Positions 56,401-64,000 of a DNA stretch of 64,000 nucleotides are shown piece after piece. The stretch is from NCBI GenBank assembly GCA_051955835.1, contig JBQCGH010000110.1, positions 39 through 64,038 of the forward strand, written 5' to 3'. The stretch comes from Gemmatimonadales bacterium (GTDB lineage: Bacteria > Gemmatimonadota > Gemmatimonadetes > Gemmatimonadales > GWC2-71-9). The translations under genes and the position numbers were made by a program. Each line of letters opens with the position of its first letter. The first letter of the stretch is position 1. The notes under the pieces were generated by a model, which was given only the letters and a program-made list of their open reading frames with translations, was not told the origin of the DNA and ran no database searches.

Positions 56401-57380
56401 CCGCCGTCCCCACGCCGCTCGAGGCCGAGGAGGCCGCCGGCCACGCCGAGGCGGCACGCCGCCTGGTCGGTGTCCTCGAGGGCGTCATTCTCGGGCAGCC
56501 CGCCGCGGTGCGCGAGTCGGTCGCCGCGCTGCTCGCGCGCGGCCACGTGCTCCTCGAAGGCGTGCCGGGCACGGCGAAGACACTGCTGGTACGCGCGCTC
56601 GCCCTGGCGTTGGGACTCGAGTTCCGGCGCATCCAGTTCACGCCCGATCTCATGCCGTCCGACATCACTGGCGTGAACCTGCTGACCGGGCCGGGGGCGT
56701 TCACTTTCCGGGCGGGTCCGATCTTCGGCGACCTCGTGCTCGGCGACGAGATCAATCGCGCGCCAGCGAAGACGCAGGCCGCACTGCTGGAAGCGATGCA
56801 GGAGCGCCGAGTGACGGTGGACGGCACGTCGCACGTGCTTCCCGAAAGCTTCACGGTCTTCGCCACGCAGAATCCCATCGAGTTCGAGGGAACCTATCCG
56901 CTGCCCGAGGCCGAGCTGGACCGATTCATCGTGAAGGTGCTGGTGGGATATCCCGAGGACGCGGTAGAACAGGACATTCTCCGCCGCGTCCTCGGCGGCT
57001 TCGAGGCCGACGTGCCGGCGAGCTACGGCGTCGCGCGGGTGGCCGACGGGCTCGCGCTCAGCCGCTTGCGAGAGGCGTCGCGTCGGGTGCGGGTGGAACC
57101 CAGCCTGGTCGCCTACGTCACGGCCATCGTGCGCGCAACGCGCGGGTCACCCGTGCTCACCCTCGGCGCCTCGCCCCGTGGGAGCGTGGCACTGCTCAAG
57201 ATGGCACAGGCGACGGCGCTGCTCGACGGCCGCGCGTACGCCGTCCCCGACGACGTGAAGGCGCTCGCGCCGGCGGTGCTTCGTCACCGCGTTGCGGTGG
57301 CGCCGGAGCTCGAGTTGGAGGGGATCACCGCCGACATCGCGCTGCACGGGATCCTCGAAAAGGTCGAGGCGCCCCGGTGA
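56397..57380 (+). CDS. MoxR-family AAA+ ATPase
   Basis: GHVLLEGVPGTAKT, RIQFTPDLMPSDITG, DEINRAPAKTQAALLEAM, ATQNPIEFEGTYPLPEAELDRF. Confidence 0.95.
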   Translation: MTAVPTPLEAEEAAGHAEAARRLVGVLEGVILGQPAAVRESVAALLARGHVLLEGVPGTAKTLLVRALALALGLEFRRIQFTPDLMPSDITGVNLLTGPGAFTFRAGPIFGDLVLGDEINRAPAKTQAALLEAMQERRVTVDGTSHVLPESFTVFATQNPIEFEGTYPLPEAELDRFIVKVLVGYPEDAVEQDILRRVLGGFEADVPASYGVARVADGLALSRLREASRRVRVEPSLVAYVTAIVRATRGSPVLTLGASPRGSVALLKMAQATALLDGRAYAVPDDVKALAPAVLRHRVAVAPELELEGITADIALHGILEKVEAPR

Positions 57381-58696
57381 GGCTGGTTCCGACCCGGCGC
57401 TGGCTGGTCGGGGCAGCCATCCTGGCGCTGACGGCACCCCTCGCGTTCGTCGGCCGCTGGGCCGCGGCCCTGCTGCCATCGGCCGACGTGCTGTGGCTTG
57501 CCGCCCTCCTGGCCGACGCGCTGGCCGCGCCCGCGGTGCGCACGCTGCAGGTCATCCGCGAGGCACCCGTCGCCTTCGGCGCAGGGCGGGCGGCCGTGGT
57601 CCGCTATCGCTGGCAGCATCAGGCCCGGCGGCGCCTCACGCTCGAGGTGCGCGAGCGTTTGCCCGAGCCCCTGGGCGGCGCGGACACGCCGACGCGGCGT
57701 CTCCTGGTGCCCCCCGGTCTCGGACTCGATGAACGGCTCGCGCTGGTCCCTCGTCGGCGCGGCGTCGGACGCGGCGGCGACCTGGCGGTGCGTGTGCTCG
57801 GCCCGCTCGGGCTGGCGTGGCGCCAGGCGATGCTGGCGTTGCCGTGGTCCGCGACGGTCTACCCGACGGTGCCCGAGACGGATCTGCGCGCCCTCCCGCT
57901 GCAGGTCGCGCGGCGGCGCGAGGCGGGCCTCCGGACGATCCGGCGCCCGGGCGAGGGTCGGCTGTTCGAGGGACTCCGCGAATGGGTGCCGGGCGACGAC
58001 ACGCGCATCATCGACTGGAAGGCGACCGCGCGCCGCGACAAACCCATCGCCCGACAGTACGAGGACGAGCGCCGCCAGCAGGTGCTCATCGCGATCGACG
58101 CGGGCCGGATGCTCACGGCGGAGCTCGACGGAGTGCCCCGGCTCGAGGCGGTCATCGTGGCTGCCCTCCAACTGGCGCGGGCCGCCGTCGAGCACGACGA
58201 CAACATCGGGCTCATGGTCTTCGCCGACACGATTCAGCGTTACGTCGCGCCCGGACGCGGACGCCGCGCGCTCCGGGCGGTGCTCGAGGGGCTGGCCCAC
58301 GCCGAGGGCCGGCTGGTGGAGTCGGACTACCCCGCGGCATTCCGCTATCTCGCCGCCCACAACCGGAAGCGTGCGCTAACCGTCCTCTTCACTGACGTGA
58401 TCGATCGAACGGCCAGCGACGCCTTGGTGGCGCACGCATCGACGCTTCGTCCGCGTCACCTGCCGCTCGCGGTTACGCTTCGGGACCCGGCGCTCGAAGC
58501 GGTGGCGACACGGCGTCCGGCCGCCGTGTCGCAGGCGTTCGAGCGGGCGGCGGCGGAAGAGCTGCTGGGAGCCCGCGACGCGGCCCTCGCGGAGATGCGG
58601 GGACACGGCGTGATGGTGCTCGATGTCCCGCCCGCCGCGGCCGGCGAGGCGGTCGTGGCTCGGTACCATCAGCTGAAGCGGCGCGGCCTGCTCTAG
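57377..58696 (+). CDS. DUF58 (VWA-like) protein
   Basis: FEGLREWVPGDDTRIIDWKATAR, QYEDER, IDAGRML, VLFTD. Confidence 0.9.
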   Translation: MRLVPTRRWLVGAAILALTAPLAFVGRWAAALLPSADVLWLAALLADALAAPAVRTLQVIREAPVAFGAGRAAVVRYRWQHQARRRLTLEVRERLPEPLGGADTPTRRLLVPPGLGLDERLALVPRRRGVGRGGDLAVRVLGPLGLAWRQAMLALPWSATVYPTVPETDLRALPLQVARRREAGLRTIRRPGEGRLFEGLREWVPGDDTRIIDWKATARRDKPIARQYEDERRQQVLIAIDAGRMLTAELDGVPRLEAVIVAALQLARAAVEHDDNIGLMVFADTIQRYVAPGRGRRALRAVLEGLAHAEGRLVESDYPAAFRYLAAHNRKRALTVLFTDVIDRTASDALVAHASTLRPRHLPLAVTLRDPALEAVATRRPAAVSQAFERAAAEELLGARDAALAEMRGHGVMVLDVPPAAAGEAVVARYHQLKRRGLL

Positions 58697-58755
58697 CCGG
58701 GGCGCGAGAGGCGGGGCACAGCGGCCCCCGCCACCACGCCCTACACTGACCGCGC

Positions 58756-59241
58756 ATTTCCATCACCCAACATTTAACGGGGCTGGCCAAGGCGACGGCC
58801 CGGAAATCGGGGCATCCGGTCACCTTCGGCCTGGCCTTGCTCGTGATCATCGCCTGGGCGGTCACCGGCCCCGTCTTCCACTACAGCGACACCTGGCAGC
58901 TCGTGATCAACACGGGCACCACGATCGTCACGTTCCTGATGGTCTTCCTGATCCAGAACACCCAGAACCGCGACAGCATCGCCATGCAGATCAAACTCGA
59001 CGAGCTGCTGCGGGCGGTGAAAGGCGCGGAGACGGCGATGGCGGATCTGGAGGACCTGACCCAGGAAGAGCTCGATGCCTTCCGCGAGCACTATGCCGAC
59101 ATCGCGGCCACGGCCCGCGCGAAAATGCGGCACGCGGGCGACCTGCCGTTCGAGCGTGGCGCGCGAAAGCCTGCGGGAAAGCGGAAGCGGCCGGCGCGGG
59201 GCGCGGATGACGCCGGGACGGCGACCTCCGACCGCGGCTAG
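58756..59241 (+). CDS. Low-affinity iron permease (Fet4-like) family protein; canonical start codon missing
   Basis: WAVTGPVFHYSDTWQLVINTGTTIVTFLMVFLIQNTQNRD..A.QIKLDEL; family-like N-terminus extends upstream to ATT at 58756. Confidence 0.85.
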   Translation: MSITQHLTGLAKATARKSGHPVTFGLALLVIIAWAVTGPVFHYSDTWQLVINTGTTIVTFLMVFLIQNTQNRDSIAMQIKLDELLRAVKGAETAMADLEDLTQEELDAFREHYADIAATARAKMRHAGDLPFERGARKPAGKRKRPARGADDAGTATSDRG

Positions 59242-60296
59242 GCCGAGAGCGGCAGAGCGGAGGGGTCGGGGAACGCGGAGACGAACGCCTCGACGGCGTC
59301 CGGATCCAGCTGGGTGCCGGCTACCCGCCTAAGCTCGGTGACGGCCGCCTCGGGGGGCCGCGAGTCACGATACGGGCGTTCGGTGGTCATAGCGTCGAAC
59401 GCATCGGCCACGGCGACGATGCGCGCCTCGATAGGGATGTTCTCGCCACGGAGCCCGTCGGGAAATCCTCGCCCGTCGAGTCGCTCGTGATGCGACCGCA
59501 CGATGCGCAGCACGTCGGGCGACTCCTGCGCGAGGGGCAGCAGCATCCGCTCCCCAAGCACGGGGTGCTCGGTAATCTGGCGGAACTCGTCGGCGGTGAG
59601 ATTGCCCGGCTTGTGCAGGACGGCCTCGCGGGTGCCGATCTTCCCGATGTCGTGGAGCTCGCCCCCGAGCCGAATCCCGTCGAGGCCGGGCCCGTCGAAG
59701 CCGAGCCGCTCGGCGGTTCCCACGGCGTACTGGCTCACCCGGATGGAGTGGCCGCGGGTGTACGCGTCCTTGGCCTCGAGGGCGCGCGCCAGCATCTGGA
59801 CCCCCTGCAGAAACAGCTCCTGGATGCGCTGCGCCTGTTCGCGGACCTGGCGCTCCAGGTTCTCCTGATAGTACCGGTTCTGCATGACGAGCGCCCGCTT
59901 CTCCAGCACGCGCGAGACGCGCGCCTGCAGCTCGCTCACAGAGATGGGCTTGAGCAGGAAGTCGGCGGCGCCCATGTGGAGGCAATCCACCGCCGTGGTC
60001 GTTTCGCTCATGCCCGTGAGCATGATGACCGACGTGTCGGGGTACTGCCGGCGCACCGCCTCGAGCAGGCCGATGCCGTCCAGCTCGGGCATGCGCATAT
60101 CGGAGATGACGAGCGGCGCCTCGCCGATGCTTTCCAGCAGGCCGAGCGCCTCGCGCCCGCTGCCCGCCTCGAAGCAGGTGAACCCCTGCGCCTGGAGCAT
60201 GCGCACCAATGAGCGCCGCACGCTGGGCTCGTCATCGACGATCAGACAGTTGGCGGAGCCGGCCATGACCGGCGGCGCGACCGGGAAATCCGGCAT
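59238..60296 (-). CDS. Response regulator with HD-GYP phosphodiesterase domain (RpfG-like)
   Basis: IVDDE..SDMRMP..KP receiver; KDAYTRGHS.RV, HDIGKIG, HHERLDGRGFP, ARIVAVADAFDAM..RPY. Confidence 0.92.
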   Translation of the reverse strand: MPDFPVAPPVMAGSANCLIVDDEPSVRRSLVRMLQAQGFTCFEAGSGREALGLLESIGEAPLVISDMRMPELDGIGLLEAVRRQYPDTSVIMLTGMSETTTAVDCLHMGAADFLLKPISVSELQARVSRVLEKRALVMQNRYYQENLERQVREQAQRIQELFLQGVQMLARALEAKDAYTRGHSIRVSQYAVGTAERLGFDGPGLDGIRLGGELHDIGKIGTREAVLHKPGNLTADEFRQITEHPVLGERMLLPLAQESPDVLRIVRSHHERLDGRGFPDGLRGENIPIEARIVAVADAFDAMTTERPYRDSRPPEAAVTELRRVAGTQLDPDAVEAFVSAFPDPSALPLSA

Positions 60297-60452
60297 CTGT
60301 ATGTGGCTAGTCCGAGAAGGGGGGATGGATGCCACGAACATCCATTCGTCTGCACACTACACAGGCGGCGGCGGAATGTCCATTGCGCGGGCGCGCTGCC
60401 GCGGGGAGGTGGCGTCGTGTAGATTGCGGGCGTCCCGCGCACAGGAGACACG

Positions 60453-60698
60453 ATGGCCGGTGTGCAGGCCCGCCTTCGATCGGAACACCATCGGAAGTAT
60501 CCCGATCTGACGCCGTCGGTCTGGTAAGATGTGGCGCCGATCTTTCCGGGCGTGACCCAGCGGATGGTGAACATGGCCGGGGAACGGCTGACACGGCTGT
60601 CCACACCCCGGGGCTATCTCATTCTGCGAGCGGATCACCTCGAGTTCCGCCCCGTCCCCAGGGGGAGCCCGTCGGCCGAGGCAGAGACCACCGCCTAG
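60453..60698 (+). pseudogene. Small 81-codon gene interrupted by TAA at codon 25 (not in the ORF track)
   Basis: AGGAG RBS; MAGVQARLRSEHHRKYPDLTPSVW*DVAPIFPGVTQRMVNMAGERLTRLSTPRGYLILRADHLEFRPVPRGSPSAEAETTA; fills the gap and ends overlapping the convergent stop. Confidence 0.6.
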
Positions 60699-63031
60699 CC
60701 CGCAGCCGCGGCCGGCGAGCGTGCGGCGTCGAGCATCTCCCGCACCTTCCTCGCCAGGCTGTCGGGCCCGAACGGCTTCTGCTGGAACGGCGCCCCCACA
60801 TCCAACAGACCGCGCTGGATCACGTCTTCTCCCGTATATCCCGAGATGAACAAGACCGGCAGCGAGGGGCGCAGCGCGGCGATCCGCTGCGCCAGCTCGC
60901 GGCCGCCCAACTCGGGCATGACGACGTCGGAGATGACCAGGTCCACGCCGTTGGCGTTGAGCTCGAGCTGGTGCAGCGCTTCCAGGCCATGGCGGGCCTC
61001 GAGGACGCGATACCCGTGGTCGCGCAGACTCCGGATCGTGAGCGCGCGTACCATGTCCTCGTCCTCGACGATGAGGATCGTTTCGGAGCCGCCGCGCGCG
61101 GCAGGCCGCCGCTCGGCGTGGGGCGGGAGCGCGTGCTCGGCGCCGACGCGCGGGAGATAGATCTTGAACGTGGTCCCGAGTCCGGGCTCGCTGTACACCC
61201 ACACGAACCCGTCGCTCTGCTTCACGATGCCGTACACCGTCGAGAGACCGAGGCCCGTGCCCTGTCCCACCGGTTTAGTGGTGAAGAACGGCTCGAAGAT
61301 GCGGGCCTGCGTCTCGCGGTCCATGCCGACGCCGGTGTCACTCAAGGCGAGCTGCACGTAGGCGCCGCGGGGAATCTGCACCCCGTCGTGTCCCGCGGCG
61401 TACGCATCATCCAGCGTGACCGGGAGCGTGGCGACGGTGACGGACCCGCGGGCCGGCATGGCATCGCGCGCGTTGAGCATCAGGTTCACCAGGACCTGCT
61501 CGAGCTGGCCGCGGTCGGCGCGGACGTCGCCGGCGTCCGGGTCGAGCGCCAGCGCCAGCCGATGATCCTCGCCCAGCACTCGGCGCAGCATCTTCTCGTG
61601 CCCCTGCACGACCGCGTTGACCTCGAGCACTTCGGGACGGAGAAACTGCTGGCGCGTGAAGGCGAGGAGTTGCCGGGTGACGTCGGCCGCCCGCGCGCCG
61701 GCCTTGATGATCTCGGCAACCTCCGCGCGGCGTGGATCGGCCGGCTCGAGGCTCCGCATGAGGAACTCGCTGAACCCGATGACGCCCGTCATCATGTTGT
61801 TGACTTCGTGGGCCACGCCTCCGGCCAGCCGCCCGGCGGCCTGCATGCGCTCGGCGCGCCGGAGCTGCTCGTCCACCCGCTTGCGCTCGGTGACGTCGCG
61901 GTAGATGCCGCGGACGCGGACGGGCACGCCGTCCGCGGTGCAGCTGATGTTGCCCTCGACCGTGAGGCTCGCGCCAGCCGACGTGAGCAGCACGAGGTCG
62001 ACATGGCCCAGCGTCTCGCCGGCGGCAGTGCGCGTCAATACCTCCCGATACCGCTCCCGGCTGTCCGGATGCACGAGGTCGAGGAACGTGAGCCGGGCCA
62101 GGCTCTCGTCGGTGTGACCGAGCGCCTCGTGCCACGCCGGATTGACGTAGAGGAACGTGCCATCGAGCGTCGTGCTGCAAACCAGGTCGCTCGCGTTGTC
62201 GAACAGATCGCGGTAGCGCGCCTCGCTCTCCCGTAGCGCCTGCTCGGCCTGCCGGCGCTCGCTCACGTCCCGGGCGTTGAGGCAGACGCCGATCAGCCCG
62301 CCGGCCTCGTCCACCACGGGCGCGTGGGTGGTCTCATACCACCGCTCGACGCCGTCCCGGCCGCGGAGGCAACGTTCGACACAGGCCACCTCACCCTCGA
62401 GGGCGCGCCGGAACCCCTCAGCGGCCTCGGGGATGAAGGCCTGGATACTCTGACCCTCGGACACGGCCCGGCCGAGGATGCGCTCTCCCCACTCGCGGGC
62501 GGTCGGGTTCAGCGCCTGAATGGTGCCATCTCGATCAACCAGGAGGAAGGCTTGGAGGCTCGTGTTGAAGATGGCCCGGAGGTTGGCCTCCGAGCGGCGC
62601 AGCGCCTCCTCGGCGCGAGCCTTCTCAGCCCGGGACTGCACCCGCGCCAGGGCGGCCTCGATTGCGGGGCCGATGCGCGCCAGGTTGCTCTTGAGGAGGT
62701 AGTCGGTGGCCCCCGCCTTCATGCAGCCGACCGCGGTCTCTTCATTGACCGAGCCTGTCACAATAAGGAAGGGCACCGTGGGCGCCCGCTCGCGGGCAAG
62801 ATCCAGCGCCGCCATGCCGTCGAATCGGGGCAGCGTGTAGTCGGAGAGGATGAGATCGGGGCGGAAGCGATCGAGCTCCTGCAGGAAACCGTCCCGGGTA
62901 TCCACCCGGCAGGACTCGAACGGAATGTTGGACCGCTGGAGCTGATACTCCACCAGCTCCGCGTCCATCGGCACGTCCTCGAGGATGAGGATCCGCAAAC
63001 GCTCCGCGGACCCCCGGCGCTCCCCAATCAT
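60695..63031 (-). CDS. Hybrid sensor kinase REC-PAS-PAS-HisKA-HATPase-REC (CckA-like)
   Basis: LILED..LSDY receiver, two PAS domains, AGGVAHEVNN, NLMLNARDAM, FEPFFTTK..GQGTGLGL, C-terminal receiver. Confidence 0.92.
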   Translation of the reverse strand: MIGERRGSAERLRILILEDVPMDAELVEYQLQRSNIPFESCRVDTRDGFLQELDRFRPDLILSDYTLPRFDGMAALDLARERAPTVPFLIVTGSVNEETAVGCMKAGATDYLLKSNLARIGPAIEAALARVQSRAEKARAEEALRRSEANLRAIFNTSLQAFLLVDRDGTIQALNPTAREWGERILGRAVSEGQSIQAFIPEAAEGFRRALEGEVACVERCLRGRDGVERWYETTHAPVVDEAGGLIGVCLNARDVSERRQAEQALRESEARYRDLFDNASDLVCSTTLDGTFLYVNPAWHEALGHTDESLARLTFLDLVHPDSRERYREVLTRTAAGETLGHVDLVLLTSAGASLTVEGNISCTADGVPVRVRGIYRDVTERKRVDEQLRRAERMQAAGRLAGGVAHEVNNMMTGVIGFSEFLMRSLEPADPRRAEVAEIIKAGARAADVTRQLLAFTRQQFLRPEVLEVNAVVQGHEKMLRRVLGEDHRLALALDPDAGDVRADRGQLEQVLVNLMLNARDAMPARGSVTVATLPVTLDDAYAAGHDGVQIPRGAYVQLALSDTGVGMDRETQARIFEPFFTTKPVGQGTGLGLSTVYGIVKQSDGFVWVYSEPGLGTTFKIYLPRVGAEHALPPHAERRPAARGGSETILIVEDEDMVRALTIRSLRDHGYRVLEARHGLEALHQLELNANGVDLVISDVVMPELGGRELAQRIAALRPSLPVLFISGYTGEDVIQRGLLDVGAPFQQKPFGPDSLARKVREMLDAARSPAAAAG

Positions 63032-63123
63032 GGTTTCCCCGCCGGAGCCGGACGCCGATTCATTCGCCCTGTCTGGATGAAGTGGTACACCGCACAACCT
63101 GCGGTGCCACAGGAGGTTGGGGC

Positions 63124-63166
63124 TGTGACTAGGCTCACAGTCTTGGCCGATGTGGTATGATACTCT
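63124..63166 (+). promoter_or_regulatory. Class II CRP/FNR-type promoter of the poly-HAMP kinase
   Basis: Perfect TGTGA-ctaggc-TCACA (63124-63139) centred about -41.5 relative to extended -10 TG-A-TACTCT (63158-63166). Confidence 0.7.
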
Positions 63167-63209
63167 CATCCGTCCCCTTCTGTTGCAGCCTTTCCCCGCC
63201 GGAGTGTCT

Positions 63210-64000
63210 ATGTCGAACGCATCGACCAGGACAAACGGTCGACCTGCGAAGCGCTCGTCCCGTGACCGCGTCACCCCCGCCGACGCCCTCGACCTCGAAC
63301 AGCTGCTCAGCGTGCTGACGGCCGTTCGCAAAGGGGACTTCTCAGTACGAATGCCCGTGGCCAAGACCGGGCTCGCCGGCAAGATCGCCGACACCCTGAA
63401 CGAGATCGCCGAGCTCAACGAGCACATGGCGAAGGAGCTCGAGCGTGTGAGCCTCGCGGTGGGCAAGGAAGGCCGCATCGCGCAGCGGGCCTCGCTGGCC
63501 GGCGCGGGTGGATCATGGGCCGCCTCGGTGGACTCGGTCAATACCCTGATCGGCGATCTGGTGCAGCCGACCTCCGAAGTGGCGCGCGTGATCGGGGCCG
63601 TTGCCAAGGGGGACCTCTCGCAGACCATGGCACTCGACATCGAAGGCCGGCCGCTGATGGGCGAGTTCCTCCGGATCGGCAAGACCGTGAACTCGATGGT
63701 GGATCAGCTCAGCTCGTTCGCCTCGGAAGTGACGCGGGTCGCCCGCGAGGTGGGCACCGAAGGCAAGCTGGGCGGGCAGGCGCGGGTAAAGGGGGTCGCC
63801 GGCACGTGGAAGGACCTCACCGACAACGTCAACTCGATGGCGGGCAACCTCACGGCGCAGGTCCGCAACATCGCCGAGGTGACGACGGCCGTCGCCCGTG
63901 GCGAGCTCAACAAGAAGATCACCGTGGATGTGAAGGGGGAGATCCTCGAGCTCAAGAACACCATCAACACGATGGTGGATCAGCTCAACTCCTTCGCCTC
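63210..64000 (+). CDS. Poly-HAMP hybrid histidine kinase (group III/Nik1-like), N-terminal part, runs off the window
   Basis: [10 protein letters not shown]...GDFSVRM...VGKEG...[34 protein letters not shown]; 276-bp repeat period (63695 vs 63971). Confidence 0.9.
   Translation, partial: MSNASTRTNGRPAKRSSRDRVTPADALDLEQLLSVLTAVRKGDFSVRMPVAKTGLAGKIADTLNEIAELNEHMAKELERVSLAVGKEGRIAQRASLAGAGGSWAASVDSVNTLIGDLVQPTSEVARVIGAVAKGDLSQTMALDIEGRPLMGEFLRIGKTVNSMVDQLSSFASEVTRVAREVGTEGKLGGQARVKGVAGTWKDLTDNVNSMAGNLTAQVRNIAEVTTAVARGELNKKITVDVKGEILELKNTINTMVDQLNSFA

Noticed and set aside
59238-60296. GFP instead of GYP as a sign of an inactive phosphodiesterase
   Set aside because: Conservative change; the metal-binding H, HD, HH and D residues are present
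63695-64000. 276-bp direct repeat as a repeat element
   Set aside because: Explained by tandem 92-aa HAMP units of the kinase
1-64000. CRISPR array, tRNA, rRNA, IS or prophage; numerous long antisense and alternate-frame ORFs
   Set aside because: No regularly spaced repeats, cloverleaf/T-loop motifs, transposase or phage genes seen by eye; the extra ORFs are Arg/Pro/Ala-rich shadows expected at this GC content

Overview
High-GC chromosomal window with dense coding and no rRNA, tRNA, CRISPR array or recognisable mobile element. Gene content and style suggest Gemmatimonadota (inference, not a database result). It contains housekeeping genes (mgtE, tyrS, a class A PBP, argR, kbl-tdh, aroH, thiE, mltG-ruvX-rho), an NtrY/NtrX-like operon with an outer-membrane barrel, and a ~17 kb minus-strand glycan/glycolipid biosynthesis cluster (priming transferase, two ArnC-like GT2, a GlpD-like flavoenzyme, three GT4, two flippases, two methyltransferases, an epimerase, asnB, VanZ-like protein). 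A REC/degenerate-GGDEF protein, a sigma54 activator and a kinase lie divergent from that cluster. Further on are a MoxR-DUF58-DUF4350-DUF4129/RDD-SpoIIM module and a signalling block (HD-GYP, hybrid kinases). The most notable sequence-level signals are: (1) a coherent regulatory architecture read from the DNA, with three sigma54 promoters (two with IHF-like tracts) and three CRP/FNR-type boxes at or near class II spacing; (2) a 55-aa small gene with its own sigma54 promoter and terminator; (3) a standalone HisKA micro-protein; (4) frequent leaderless TANNNT-N6/7-ATG starts; (5) three single-base lesions in otherwise intact genes (TAG in the PBP, TAA in an unlisted 81-codon gene, an ATT start), which may be assembly errors; (6) several candidate structured RNAs. 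Start codons were chosen by eye and all family calls come from motif recognition, not searches.
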